From positions 64,001 through 128,000 of IMG/VR virus record IMGVR_UViG_3300037484_000435: DNA of 64,000 nt; one strand, given 5' to 3'. Shown piece after piece: positions 48,651 to 63,770 of this stretch. The notes beneath the pieces are model-generated. The model was not told the DNA's origin and made no database searches. It saw nothing but the letters and a program-made list of their open reading frames with translations. The stretch's first letter is position 1; each line of letters starts with the position of its first letter. The position numbers and the translations under genes are program-made. Origin of the DNA: a virus (taxonomy: Duplodnaviria; Caudoviricetes).

Positions 48651-51426
48651 ATGGCAGCACACAGAATGGCCTGGACTTTGTCCGAGACCAAACAACTAAT
48701 TGAAAACTTTGACGAACCCATACAGGTATTAGAAGAATTATTTCCGCGTCACCCTAAAGCGAGCATAGAAAGAAAGATGACACGCTTGCGTAAAGAGGGA
48801 AAGATTGGTATGAAGTCAGAAGACACAGTCAAACAAGCATATAAAATGCGACATATCCCAGAGAAAGAATTAACAAAGAAACGACCCCTTAAATAATGAA
48901 AGACTACGAAGAAAAAATTATTGCTCTGCTTCGAGAAAAAGGTGACTACTCCTTCGGTCTATTAGGTTATATATCGGACCAGTACACGGCAGGCGAGCTT
49001 ATGCAAATACCAGCAGTGTACTCGGCAGTAATAAATAGTCACGGGAGCTTGTTTGTGGAAGACGTAATCCAAGAAGCTATTGAAGATGAAGGTTACCCAT
49101 TCCGAGAAGAGTTGCTCCAACTAGTCCCCGAAGACGTGCAACTAGGAGACCCCTCGTGAGTATGCAGAAAGCAACAATCGAAAGATTGGAGCAGTCAGCA
49201 CTAATAATACGCACAGAGTTACAAGGATACCAAATCGGTAAGTTTACCAAAGAGCCTGAATTAGGTGTGTTTGATATCCCCATGTTTGGTATTCGTATTA
49301 AATGCGTAAGTAACTTCAGGGATGACGATGCGAACTTTCGTGTAATTGACATACCAGATATAGACTCCTTTGACAGGAATAAGCTATTCTTGGAACTTGC
49401 CTCTAGTGGATATTTGCGTTGGATACGTACAAAATATAGCTCACATGGGTATTTTGTTTTATTATCCTATGAGAAACGTGGAGAAAAACTACTCAAGGCA
49501 GCAAAGCTTAAAGCAAAAGAAAACAAAACAGGAGATTTCCGTATCAAATACTTAGAAAGCTTAATCAGAAGGCCTTTCATAGAAGTATATCAGGAAGACC
49601 CTACTATTTTCGATTGGATAATGCTATGAGAAAAATCAACTTTAGATGCCCCGCCTGTGGATGTAGAAAGGTTCTCCAAGTAGAAACAGGAGCGGTATTA
49701 AAAAGCCCTATAACAGAATTAGAGGTTGAAGGGGGCATAGTCGAACTGGAATACGAGAATGAGGGCACGCTTATAATCACAGACGAGACTGAAGTCCCCA
49801 TGCAGATAATATGTTATGAATACGCAGATTGCGGAAGTTTCCTAGTAAGAGGAGACGGAGAGCCCTGCGTAACCCCCGAGGACCTGTTCAGATGGTTACG
49901 GGGAGAAGGAATGTTAGGAGGAGAGGAAAGTAAAAATGAAAAAGATATTGTTAGTAGTGTTACTTGGCATAAGCCTTAGTGGATGTGCCACCCTAGGCTC
50001 GATGTACACAAGGGCAAAGGATTGTGTTTATCCACCAGAGAAACCTGTAGTAACTGAGACGCCCGCTGTTGCCCCAGCCCCGCCTGTAGCGGAACCCACT
50101 ATTAAGATTCCCGAACCAAAAGTGGAACCAACAACTCCGAAAGCGGAGCCAGTTGTGCCAAAAAAGAAACTCAAAAAGAGTGACTTTACAAAAAAGAAAG
50201 TAGACCAATTACCTTTCTACACAAAAGAACGTAAAAAAGTAGAAGACGATCTACAGAAAGAGAAGGCCCCCGCACCACCAGGAGTTAAGTAATGTCTGGT
50301 CCCCCAGATTATATCTACACCGCGCAGCGTCTGTGTAATGATATTGAAGACACCTGCAGGGGCTCTATAGAAGAGCTTATCAACGCCCTTGTTTCTATAA
50401 AGAACCTGCAGGCAGAATTAAAAGATTGTGAGAATTTCGAAGAAGGAGTAGACGAACAGCTGAAGTATAGTTGTGAAGACCTTCTTCGAACTCTAGCAAT
50501 CGTAAGAGAAGATTCCGATATGCTCGCATCCCAATCAAACAAAATATTTGAAACATTGGGACTAAAGGCAGAGTGGGATGACAAAAGAGAAGAATGGCAT
50601 TTGAAAGGAGAGGTCTACGAAAGGTGAGAAACACAACAGCATTTGTTTACACTCCTAAGAAGGTGCTTCCAAACGCAAGCATTGATGAACGGTAAATGCT
50701 GTGATGTACCCGCTACCCTAATCTTCGACGATAGTAAGTGCTAAACAATAGGTTTTGATTAAATTACTTTAGGAATACAGGATGATTAATTTTCTGGAAA
50801 ATGAGATTTATCAACGATACACAAAAAGTGACACACACCGAGCAATAATTTTACCACTACTAATGGCCCAAGAAAACTTGAGTATCTTGAATCGTAACGA
50901 CATAAAGAGGGCTTTCGAAACCCACGGAATAAAAACATCAGCACAGAAAACAGCCTTTAGATTTCATAAAGTATTCTATGATGGTGATGAGTGGTATACC
51001 TTCCCCCGTGTCATTACGAATGAAAATATTCATGAAGCCTATACTTACCATCTAAATCAGGATGCTAAAGGTTTCTACGCCCACCTCAGTGCCCCCAGAT
51101 CCCCCGCGGATAGGACACAGTTAACTTTGATAGAAGATCTGCAGTATAGGGTTCGCGAGCTCGAAGATGACAACATGGCACTATCACGAGTTGGCTGGCA
51201 TTTGTACGAACGCGTAATTGACATGAAGGAAGAATTAAATACTCGGGCCGAGAAAGCCATTGTTAATCTACGAAAGTCCTTTATAGCTATGGGGTTTGAA
51301 ATATCGAAAACCGCGGGTAATTTACCCGAACCTGAGAGCCCTCTCAAGAAAATATTAACAGAGGATGATGCAGAGGATTTGTTGTCTAAATACACGGATC
51401 CGAAGTACACGGATACAGATGAGTAA
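48651..51426 (+). other. run of hypothetical ORFs including a Pro-rich lipoprotein (49936-50292)
   Basis: ORF track; LSGC lipobox; zinc-ribbon paralog 49626-49979. Confidence 0.5.
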
Positions 51427-51946
51427 TACTTTCTTTACAGCGGATCCCCATTATGGGCACGCTAATATTATTAGACACAGCAAACGTCCTTTCTCGGATC
51501 ACGAAGAGATGGACGAGACGATGATTGAAAATTGGAACAAGGTAGTGGGCGTAAACGACGAAGTGTATATCTTGGGAGACTTCACTTTCTATTCCAAAGT
51601 TTTGGTTACGAACCCCGCGAGTATATTCGCCCGCTTGCGGGGCCGTAAATATCTTATAAAGGGCAACCATGACAGAGACTTTACCTTTAAATTACCGTGG
51701 GCATGGGTGAAAGATACTTACTTTGTTAAGAATCTAAACCAAGAAGGTATCTGGTTAAGTCATTACCCGCACCGCTCTTGGAGAAATTCCTTCCACGGAA
51801 GCTGGCACCTATTCGGACACAATCATGGTCACGTAGGACCTTATGGAAAATCGTTTGATATAGGTGTAGACTGTTGGGAATTCACACCAGTAGAATTTGA
51901 AATTGTAAAAGCAAAAATGAAAGAATTAGAATGGATTCAGGAATAA
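51419..51946 (+). CDS. calcineurin-like metallophosphoesterase
   Basis: FTADPHYGH, LGDF, KGNHD, LSHYP, LFGHNH. Confidence 0.9.
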   Translation: MSNTFFTADPHYGHANIIRHSKRPFSDHEEMDETMIENWNKVVGVNDEVYILGDFTFYSKVLVTNPASIFARLRGRKYLIKGNHDRDFTFKLPWAWVKDTYFVKNLNQEGIWLSHYPHRSWRNSFHGSWHLFGHNHGHVGPYGKSFDIGVDCWEFTPVEFEIVKAKMKELEWIQE

Positions 51947-52335
51947 CAAAAGACCAAGTAAATGAGATTTCGTCTAACCAATCCTTCACTTTTTATATCA
52001 AGCATGATGGGAGACTAAGCATAGCAGAGCTCACCTTTGATGACTACGTTTACCTAAATGCTCTGGCCACACATGGTATACGCCCGCCAGGACGTTTACT
52101 ATATTTCAATAGACTAAAAGCCATGCCCGAAGGAATAGGTTTGGGCACACATTTAATGAATAGGTTGGAAGAAGTGTGCGATAGGGAATCATATACTGTG
52201 TGGTGTGACTTAAACCCGTATGGTTCCTTAGACTATGAGCAACTCAAAACCTTCTATACGAAATTTGGATTTATAGAATTTGGTTTAGAGGGGGCGTTGA
52301 TACGACTGCCGAAAGGAAAGAGCGATGAAAGTTAG
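51931..52335 (+). CDS. GNAT-like acetyltransferase
   Basis: GIGLGTHLM acetyl-CoA loop, FYTKFGF. Confidence 0.7.
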   Translation: MDSGITKDQVNEISSNQSFTFYIKHDGRLSIAELTFDDYVYLNALATHGIRPPGRLLYFNRLKAMPEGIGLGTHLMNRLEEVCDRESYTVWCDLNPYGSLDYEQLKTFYTKFGFIEFGLEGALIRLPKGKSDES

Positions 52336-52577
52336 TGTAGAGATAGAACCTGGGAAGGTCCAAGAAATCGCGGACAGAGAGTTCTCTGACCTCGTAAGCC
52401 GAAACATAATGACTACCTTCTGTGAAAGCCCAAGATTCTGGGATGTAGTAGACGAAGAAATCATTGGGTATTTAGAATCTGATAAATTTGTACAACTGAT
52501 TAGAAAAGTAATTGCGGACTCGGAAGAGTCTTTGGCTCAGGCAATCAAAAATAGATTTCTTATGAAGGAATAAAACC

Positions 52578-52919
52578 ATGAGTGTCCCAAAGGAACTGAT
52601 GGACTTCTATACTAAGGTATGCCAAGCCCGAAGCCCAGAAGAAATCTTTGGGGGTCTGAATTCGGGTAATCCTATAGAAGCACTAAAGAAGGCTTACCAC
52701 GCGAATTCTTTTGCGTGTCATCCAGACCACTATGCCACCGACCCAGAGGCAACCTTGTATGCAGAAACCACATTCAAACTGGTGCACGAACTGTTTGAGG
52801 AAGCCCAAAAAAAGATAGAAAATAAGACTTACGGTAAGCCTGACGCCCCGGTCCGCTCTCATTGGGAATGGTTATCAGCATGTGCGTTTACCAAATGGAA
52901 GAGAACCACTATAAATTAG
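52578..52919 (+). CDS. J-domain protein
   Basis: LKKAYH...CHPD...F..V...FE. Confidence 0.7.
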   Translation: MSVPKELMDFYTKVCQARSPEEIFGGLNSGNPIEALKKAYHANSFACHPDHYATDPEATLYAETTFKLVHELFEEAQKKIENKTYGKPDAPVRSHWEWLSACAFTKWKRTTIN

Positions 52920-52947
52920 AACAACAAATCAAAGGAAATAAAAATCA

Positions 52948-54670
52948 ATGAGCACAGAATATGATGCCGTAGTATTCTATGGCGTTCTAGTGTCCCAAGC
53001 AGAAGTAGACGCTTGGGAAAAGAAAACAAAAAAGAATTTCTATGACCAAGAAGCCCACGACTGTCATGTTTATATGTATGGTGATATGATTTGTGGAGAG
53101 ACTGGTTACGCGGTCAGTGTTGATGGGTCAATGGAGTGGGCAGAGTTTACGGCTAAAATTCTGACAAATGAAATCACTGGGTCTTGGAATGAACGCCTGT
53201 ATGAATTCTTCAAAGAAATTGATATGCCCTACGATAAAACCCCATCGTGGATACTCACTATGACGTGTGGTTAGAATGACCTACATACAACCCGAAGACT
53301 TTCCGTTGCTACCTCCCGAACAATACTCAAACGAGTTATGTGATTGCGGAAGTGGTAGAGTCAGAAGCAAAGAGAAGAGACATCTAAATACCATGTACCA
53401 TGACGAGGAATCTAATTGGGCTCAACCATGTTGTGATGAATGTTTTGCAGACGTATGGAATTACTACACAGAGCGGTGGGAGGATTACTATGCTGGACTA
53501 TTTGGATAAGTTGGCTTTAGAAAATAAGGAAGAAATCTTGATCTGCCCTAAATGTGGTGCCCCCTTGGCTGGGTCCTATATGGTGCAGACATTTGCAAAT
53601 CACATGACTATAGATAAATACCAACGTATAGGGTTTGCCAATAGGGAGGGGCCACTTGACGCCGACATAGATGAGAGTGAGCTCTACGACTTGCTGTGTT
53701 ACAAATCCAAGTGTAATTGGTCACTAAGAAAGGAGCTGGGCGACTCGCTACCTAGCATCTATGATAAACGTAGCCTGCCTAAAGAGGCGATACTAGAACG
53801 GATAGTATTACCTATGAGGAAAGAGCAAGATGATCTGTCAAACGAAAGTTAAATTTGTATGCCCCAGTTGCGGGGGCACTACTCTGAGAGAAGAGCGCGC
53901 TGTTAGAGTGTTCTCCTACATAACAGGTATTGAGAGTAGCACAGATTTTGAATACCGCCCCATAAGAGATGGAGATGTAGATTGGGAGAACTCTACTTGG
54001 ATAACAACAGAGTGTGCAAACTGTCACAGACCTCTCCGAGGCACAGATGAGGATATGATTAAATGGTTAAAAGAGCAAGGAATGCTCGTGGAACCCGCAG
54101 GAGATGGACAAGATGCCCCTTCTTAAGAACCAAGATGAGTGGGATGCGTGGTTAAAAGAAAATGCAATTGGGATACATTGCGCCATAGACGGGGGAGAAC
54201 CTAAATGTTTTCCATGCTGGCTTATCGCCATATATCATTCCTCCGATTGTCATGATGACACTTACCTCTGCTCGTTTGTTTATAAGGACAGTAACGGGGA
54301 ATGGGATTTGGGGGATTATGAAGAAAGAGAGGGGTGGGGATAAAAAATGAGCCATAATTGCCAAGCAAAAGTAGTTTATGGGATTCCTTTGAGTAACGAA
54401 GACCTAAGCGTGTGGGAACAAAAACACGGGGAAGACTTCGACCCTATGCCTATACATGGTTGTGAACACATCATACATGGAGATATGGATGTTAAGGCCT
54501 TCTCAGCAATAGGTGTTTCTGTGTCTAAAAGTAGGATATACGCTGGAGAAGTAAGGGACCTTGACTTACAACGAGAGATAGAGTGGGATACTGACTTGTA
54601 TCATGTATGCCTAGACCTAGAATTACCTTGGCTAAAGCCCCGCTGGATGTTACTTTGTTGTTGCGGATAA
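52948..54670 (+). other. run of small hypothetical ORFs incl. a paralog pair and a zinc-ribbon paralog
   Basis: 52948-53274 and 54347-54670 share a VxYG...WE.K...H.C...GD...P.W.L..CG pattern; 53830-54126 is a zinc-ribbon paralog. Confidence 0.55.
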
Positions 54671-54680
54671 GGAGAAACAG

Positions 54681-55853
54681 ATGTCAATAAAAAGGGCAAG
54701 TGAACTACTAAATATTCCAGAAAAGGAATTCAATGAGTTCTCAGAGATAGACCCCTTTAATGGTTTTGAATTGTCAGGCTACATTAGTCGCCACGGTGAT
54801 CACCGCTACGGGGCCATGGTTATTGTGGCTGTAGATGAGGTACCTTGCGAACAGGTCATCTTCGCGACCCCGAAATTACATTACCCATTTGATAAACATG
54901 GTAAGTATACGTGGCCTACAATAGATGAGCTACAGGCCTTTGAGAAACTGGACGGGACCAACATATTAGCCTATCGTTATCTGCACCGAGGCCAGATCTA
55001 TGTGAGCTACAAGACACGTTTAAGCCCCGTACTAAAGCAGTCTCAATTTGGAGATTTCCTTTCCTTGTGGAAAGAATGCTTGAAAAAGAATCCTTGGGTT
55101 GAAAAAGCAATTGCAGATAACCCAGATTTCAATCTTTCATTTGAACTCTTTGGCTCCCGCAACCCTATAACGATACAATATGAAATTGATCTAGACACGG
55201 CCCTACTCTTTGGTGTACGTAAACACGACCACGCAATAAGGCCTCCTACCCAGCTAGTTCTATCTCCAAATGCCAAATTGCCAGGGCAGAATACTCTTAC
55301 AGAAAGTCCTTGGTACAAAGATGTAGAAATTACAGAGCCAACTAATCTCTATAATGCCTATCGTATGGAAGCTTCGAGGCGTAATGCACAAGAGCTACTG
55401 ACCGAAGGGAATGTATTCTATGTGCATTCTGGTAGTAAATGGCACATGTTCAAATGTAAGCCCGAAGAGATAGAAAAGATACATTGGGCCGCGGGCGGTA
55501 TCCCCCAAATTGCTATCTACAATACAATCATCAATGCATATGAAGATATGGACCAACCTGACATATCCTACATTAACCAGTTACTTCTAGAGGAGTACAC
55601 ACAAAAACAAATTGAGGACCGTGAAGACTCCATCGCTAAACTTTTCAAGAAAGCCAAAAAGCAGATGGACCTCAAGAAGAATGTCAATGAAGTATACCGC
55701 AAAGCCATGGAAGAAGGCTTCGATATTAAAGTTGACAAGAACAAAACGCTTCGTTGGATGTCTCAATTCTTTAGTAGGGACGACATGAAGAAAGTGGGAA
55801 CGGTCATCTTGAAACAAGCGGGGCTGAACAAACCAAAGTTCAGAAGGGCTTAA
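54681..55853 (+). CDS. ATP-dependent RNA ligase-like nucleotidyltransferase
   Basis: EKLDGTNI (motif I), SFELFG, TEGNV, FKCK. Confidence 0.8.
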   Translation: MSIKRASELLNIPEKEFNEFSEIDPFNGFELSGYISRHGDHRYGAMVIVAVDEVPCEQVIFATPKLHYPFDKHGKYTWPTIDELQAFEKLDGTNILAYRYLHRGQIYVSYKTRLSPVLKQSQFGDFLSLWKECLKKNPWVEKAIADNPDFNLSFELFGSRNPITIQYEIDLDTALLFGVRKHDHAIRPPTQLVLSPNAKLPGQNTLTESPWYKDVEITEPTNLYNAYRMEASRRNAQELLTEGNVFYVHSGSKWHMFKCKPEEIEKIHWAAGGIPQIAIYNTIINAYEDMDQPDISYINQLLLEEYTQKQIEDREDSIAKLFKKAKKQMDLKKNVNEVYRKAMEEGFDIKVDKNKTLRWMSQFFSRDDMKKVGTVILKQAGLNKPKFRRA

Positions 55854-57054
55854 AGTAATGAGTAAAATAGCCGAATTATTGAACAAAGAGATTTGTAACA
55901 TTTCTATGTATGACCTAAATAATTTGTGGGAAGGGGTAGTAGACGAATTAACCCAATCATGGTATAATGAGTTATCGCGAGAAATCGAGGACTCAATGAC
56001 AGATTTGGGTTTCGAATCTGATATAAACCACAATTCATTGGGGCATGAATATGGAATAAAGTTCCAGCAGAAAGACATTGTCTGTAAGATTTACATCAGC
56101 AGGCCCATCCTAGGCTATACTCTAATGGAAGAGGATTCAGAATTCCGACTGTCTGCGATTATTGAAAGGTCTACATCTTCCACAACCACCCATTCGTATG
56201 ACATCGAAGCCGACACAATACAAGAGCTACTTATAGAAATTCAGGTTAACTCAGATTTGTTATCAGAAGTCTGAGGAAGGGTGTAATTAGATGATAACCA
56301 TAAGAAGAAACTATTGGCTTGTTTGGGAAGACGACGGAACGGTCGACGGTACTCCACAAGACTATGAATACAATTCCTTAGAAGAGGCTGAGCGTAACTG
56401 TAGGATATTTAATAAAGTATACGCCACCCGTAAATTCTTTACTGTCCAACACCATAAAGACATTGAAATAGAAGAGGTAACATGCGGGGACTGCGGGGCG
56501 AAGGAAGGAACCCTCCATCGTCCTGGGTGTGATATGGAGCGGTGTCCTTTTTGTGGAGAACAAATCATAACCTGTGATTGTGCTTACGATATACTAGGGA
56601 TAAAAGACAAAGAAAAATATGGTCCAGAAACGTGTTATCTCCCTCCTAAGATATACAGTGGGGGTCTTACAAAGACGCAAACCCAAAAATGGGTGAAACT
56701 CTTATCAGAGAGGGGTTTTATCCCGTTCATTTCCTACCCCAACATATGTGCCAAATGTGGAAAACTCTGGCCCAATATGTTTATGGTTCCCAATGAAGAA
56801 TGGAAACACTACATAGAACCAGAGATGCGTGACAAAATGTTATGCATGGATTGTTACGCAACTATAAAGTACTTGATAGACTCAGGAGCCAAGAAAAGAA
56901 ATGCCTAAATTAGAGAGAGAACAACATGAATCTGAAGAAGTGCTGTTTACTTTATTAGAGGAGTTGAGCTCGGAATCAGCAAATCGAATCATAGAAAATA
57001 TCCGCAGACAGGGCGTTGAGTTAGATTTCAAAAACAAAGTGATGATAAAAAAAG

Positions 57055-59932
<2,878 letters not shown>

Positions 59933-60908
59933 AAGTCTTTGTGTGGCCAGAAGTGGAAACTCTCGCAGAATATATGCCAGGACTGGCGTTTGCACATGCA
60001 AACACGAAAGAGGAAGCAGTTACGGAAATCGCGGGCGAGAGGGGTCACAACAGGTATAATGACCGGTTACGTGATGAATTAGAGAGGAAAGAGCCAGAAG
60101 TATATGATGGACCGATGGGCTATACTCAAATGGGGAGTGCCTAATGAAAGTTACCACTTACTACTGTGATATTTGTGGAACTGAGATAGGGAATACAAAT
60201 GCGGAAGAGGGATTTCGAGCCAAGAGAATTTCTACATCAATGGTTAACCAAAGAGCTGAAGAGGTGAGACTAGACCTCTCCGTTATCATAACTGGATGGT
60301 CTAATAAGATTGACATCTGCTATAAGTGTGGGGACAAAGCTTTACAAAAAGGCAAAAGAAAATTAGCTTTTGAAATTGTAGGGGAGAAATAGACTAAGGG
60401 GGGGCCCTACCAGCCCCCTAATTAAAATTTTTCCTTTATTTAAAAGGTTTTTTATTTAACCTTGTGCCCCTTAATAGAAGGATGCCAATAGGCCTCCACC
60501 GATCTTTGGACTTAATGATTCCGTGTGGTTGCTATAAAGGAGGTTATAGTATAAAATTATTACCTTAAAAGGATGGGAGGATCTAGGTAATCCTATCAGA
60601 GGAGAACACAATGGACGTAAGAAAAGACCAAAGAGACAAAGAAGATCGAGCCGATAAGGAATTCCACGCTAAACAGGAAGCGAGTGACCTTGCTTTTACA
60701 CAAAGAAGTTTAGCAGAAATGGAAACCATCGAGGTTAAAGAATTTGTTAGTCTCACTGAATACGAAAGTGGGATGGTTATACTAAAGTATAAGGATGATG
60801 CCGGCAAAAGCTGTGACGTTTCTTTATACCGAGTAGTTCCAGAAAAGATTGGAAAGTCTGCTCTGGGCCCAAAACGGGCAGTTAAACCTGTAGTCGAGAA
60901 ATAATAAT

Positions 60909-60945
60909 AAGGAAGAGGCCCACACGTCTCTTCCTTTTTTTATTT
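60909..60945 (+). terminator. intrinsic terminator
   Basis: GGAAGAG/CTCTTCC stem followed by a T run. Confidence 0.65.
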
Positions 60946-60996
60946 AAACTTATTGGGTAACTCAGCAATAAAAAATTAAGCATTGAAGGAGACACA

Positions 60997-61563
60997 ATGA
61001 CGATCAAGAATTTTATTGCTGTAACTGCAATATCCGTTTTATCTGCAACCTCTGTCTACGCATTTCCGTGTGAGGACCAGAGGTTTATGGGCAAAGAAAA
61101 TAATGGTGGTTATAGAATCAATCAGACAAGAAGTAACACACCTACAGACGTATCTGGTTCGTACAAGACCCAGAATAATGCAGATGAGATGAAGACTACG
61201 AGTAGAGAAGAGAAGAAACTCAGAGATGACCAGATTAAAGCCGACAAAGAAGCTCGGATAAAAGCTGATAAGGAGGCCAAGGAACTCAGAGACGCTAAGG
61301 CCAAAGCTGACAAGGAAGCTAGGGTAAAAGCCGCCGAAGACGCTAAGGCCAAGGCTGATGCAGACGCCAAAATCAGAGTAAATGAATCTGGTAAGGTCAA
61401 AACAGACAAAGAAATTAAGGCGAAGGCCGACGCAGATGCTAAAGTAAAAGATACTGATGCTCAAAATGCTAAGGCTAAGGCTGACGAAGAAGCCAGAGCT
61501 AAGGTCAAAGCTAACGAAGAAATCAAGAAGCTTAAAGACGCTAAAGACCTAGAAAAGAAATAA
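60997..61563 (+). CDS. exported Ala/Lys/Asp-rich repeat protein
   Basis: signal peptide, then KADKEA/DAKAKAD repeats. Confidence 0.7.
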   Translation: MTIKNFIAVTAISVLSATSVYAFPCEDQRFMGKENNGGYRINQTRSNTPTDVSGSYKTQNNADEMKTTSREEKKLRDDQIKADKEARIKADKEAKELRDAKAKADKEARVKAAEDAKAKADADAKIRVNESGKVKTDKEIKAKADADAKVKDTDAQNAKAKADEEARAKVKANEEIKKLKDAKDLEKK

Positions 61564-61597
61564 AAAAATATTTTTGCTGAGTAAAATCCAATAAGAA

Positions 61598-61636
61598 AGT
61601 ATGGTGGGTCCTACACGGGACCCATCATATATTTAA
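61598..61636. terminator. bidirectional terminator between convergent transcription units
   Basis: TATGGTGGGTCC/GGACCCATCATA hairpin where coding switches from + to - strand. Confidence 0.6.
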
Positions 61637-61897
61637 GGTTTTTTTGTCCCCGTTCAATAGGGGTGTGTGGGGATGATAGACAGGAAAGGGTTATCCTTTT
61701 CTTTCTCTGCTTCTTCCATTTCATACAGTAGTCTGTCGTTGGACCAATCTGCAAATTCAGAGATACTGTGCAAATCCAGTCTACGATTAAAATACTCTGC
61801 TAGTAATCTACTATAACGGGATTTACTAGTAGTTATCTTGTCATGTTTACAGAATGAATTTGTCAAAGCATGTCCCTTAGAAAAGTTTAAACTCATC

Positions 61898-62308
61898 TTA
61901 CCTCCTATTAGGATACTTCAACTTCTTGAGTTCCAAAAGCCATTCGAGTAGTTGATAATCCTGCTTTTCTTCTGCAAGTGTAATAGCGTCTAACAAATCT
62001 CTAAATTCTTTTTCCCGTTTATACGCCCGTTGTTGGCGGGATGCTTTCTCTTCTTCGGTAAGAATAAAACTTTTAAAAGAGTCTACCGAACCAACTGCTA
62101 GCGGACCTTCTTGACCGTTTTCTCCATGAAAGTAACGATAACCTAACCAAGTCCCTGCCTGTTCAGAAAGTACCTTCCACGAATGGGCGAAGTAGTCACA
62201 AAAATCATTTAGACATACTTCTAATTCTACCCCGCCCCATTTTGATAGTGCTGGGGTCTCGATGGTAGTTAATTCTTGGGAGCAATGGGGGCATTTCAAT
62301 TTTTCCAT
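61898..62308 (-). CDS. hypothetical zinc-ribbon protein
   Basis: CPHC...VCLNDFC; SD upstream. Confidence 0.65.
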   Translation of the reverse strand: MEKLKCPHCSQELTTIETPALSKWGGVELEVCLNDFCDYFAHSWKVLSEQAGTWLGYRYFHGENGQEGPLAVGSVDSFKSFILTEEEKASRQQRAYKREKEFRDLLDAITLAEEKQDYQLLEWLLELKKLKYPNRR

Positions 62309-62319
62309 TATTCCTTCTC

Positions 62320-62850
62320 CTATATTTCCAAAAACCGAGAGTTAGTAATAAATTTTACTCTCCAATTTAAATAACTTTCCCACAAACCCATCTCCTGCAG
62401 ATAATAAAACAGTGCTGTAGTTTCTGGTAATGACCCCCCTTTATGTAATTTAATATGATCGGAACTGGACATCAACAGAAGGTTATTCGGGTTGTTATCA
62501 TAAGGTTTCGCGTTTATGTGATGTACCACATATCCTTCTGGAATACCACACTTATTGAACTCACAAAAGACAAAATGATGTGCGGGGGTCTTTTTTCCAT
62601 CAGGTAAAGTTATAATAAAATACCCAGAAACCGATTCAACAGGATACACTTTACCCAGCAATTCCATCTCCTTAAGTGGGTAATCCTGTTTTGAAATGAT
62701 TTCCTTTAGCTTGTGCTGTATAGCATTTGGGGTTCTGTTTTTAATAACTCGACTTAGTTGTACACTCAGCCCCCATAACGTCGACTCTTGTCTTCTCTCC
62801 AAAGACATTCTAAGTTTAGACAGCTCTCTATCAGACCAGCGTCGGGCCAC
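62320..62850 (-). CDS. HNH_3-type endonuclease
   Basis: AHHFVF...GYVVHHINAKPYDNNPNNL...HIKLH. Confidence 0.8.
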   Translation of the reverse strand: MARRWSDRELSKLRMSLERRQESTLWGLSVQLSRVIKNRTPNAIQHKLKEIISKQDYPLKEMELLGKVYPVESVSGYFIITLPDGKKTPAHHFVFCEFNKCGIPEGYVVHHINAKPYDNNPNNLLLMSSSDHIKLHKGGSLPETTALFYYLQEMGLWESYLNWRVKFITNSRFLEI

Positions 62851-63770
62851 TATATCTTCTCCAAAACAGGAAGTGCTCTTTGGTATTTTCGTTCAAGATA
62901 GATAGTAGCATCTGCATAAATATGTTGAAGAAAAGATACCGCTTTTGTGCCAGTATAAACAACCTTAAAAGTATGGTCCCCAGTTTGGTGTATCTTAGTA
63001 GAACTATTGCATATCTTGTTAAAATAAGTCTTCACAAAGGTTATGATATTTATATTACCAGTCATATTGCATTCCAAACCAGATAAAGTTGGTCTGTTGT
63101 TTCTATGAAAAACAGAACCATCCCCATCAAAATAACCTCTCATCCAATGATTTAATAAATAATTGGGAAGATTAGGAGGGAGCTTAACAGCTCTTGTTTT
63201 ATTTGGAATAATTCCGTGGGAATAAAGTTGCTGACATAATTCTACATTATTTATACAAAATTCACAGACATCAGTTCCATGCTGGTTTGTATTATAATAA
63301 ATTCGGACTTCACCCCGCGGTTGAATATAATCCCTTAACTTCTCAAGCAATTCTAAGTCGTCCAACTTTAATTTTAAACATGTAGCCCGTCTATGGTGGT
63401 ACATCCGACCATCAGCCGCTAGAAGCCCTAAAACATAAGCTTTGACCTCTGTATCAAGGTGTGCAAAATCTATTTTGTAATCATGTTTGTCATCACTTCG
63501 CAAGGTAATCATAGCATTTTTCAAAAGATTTCTTATGAATTTTCTGGAACAATTATGTGTTTTTGATAGGCACGTTATGGTTGTTCCAGCTTTATAGGAC
63601 TGAATAATTTCTTTCTCAAACTGCCACGCAATACTGCTTTCCCACCTATTAATTCCAGCCTCAGTCAAAGTTCTATTAATCCAACGAACGTCGCAACTAA
63701 GAAGAGACTGTATCTGCTTTTTAGTTTTGCCCTCTGCTCGTAAATTAATAATCTGTTCTTTCTTTGTCAT
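62850..63770 (-). CDS. LAGLIDADG homing endonuclease with N-terminal HTH
   Basis: AYVLGLLAADG and WMRGYFDGDGS motifs. Confidence 0.88.
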   Translation of the reverse strand: MTKKEQIINLRAEGKTKKQIQSLLSCDVRWINRTLTEAGINRWESSIAWQFEKEIIQSYKAGTTITCLSKTHNCSRKFIRNLLKNAMITLRSDDKHDYKIDFAHLDTEVKAYVLGLLAADGRMYHHRRATCLKLKLDDLELLEKLRDYIQPRGEVRIYYNTNQHGTDVCEFCINNVELCQQLYSHGIIPNKTRAVKLPPNLPNYLLNHWMRGYFDGDGSVFHRNNRPTLSGLECNMTGNINIITFVKTYFNKICNSSTKIHQTGDHTFKVVYTGTKAVSFLQHIYADATIYLERKYQRALPVLEKI

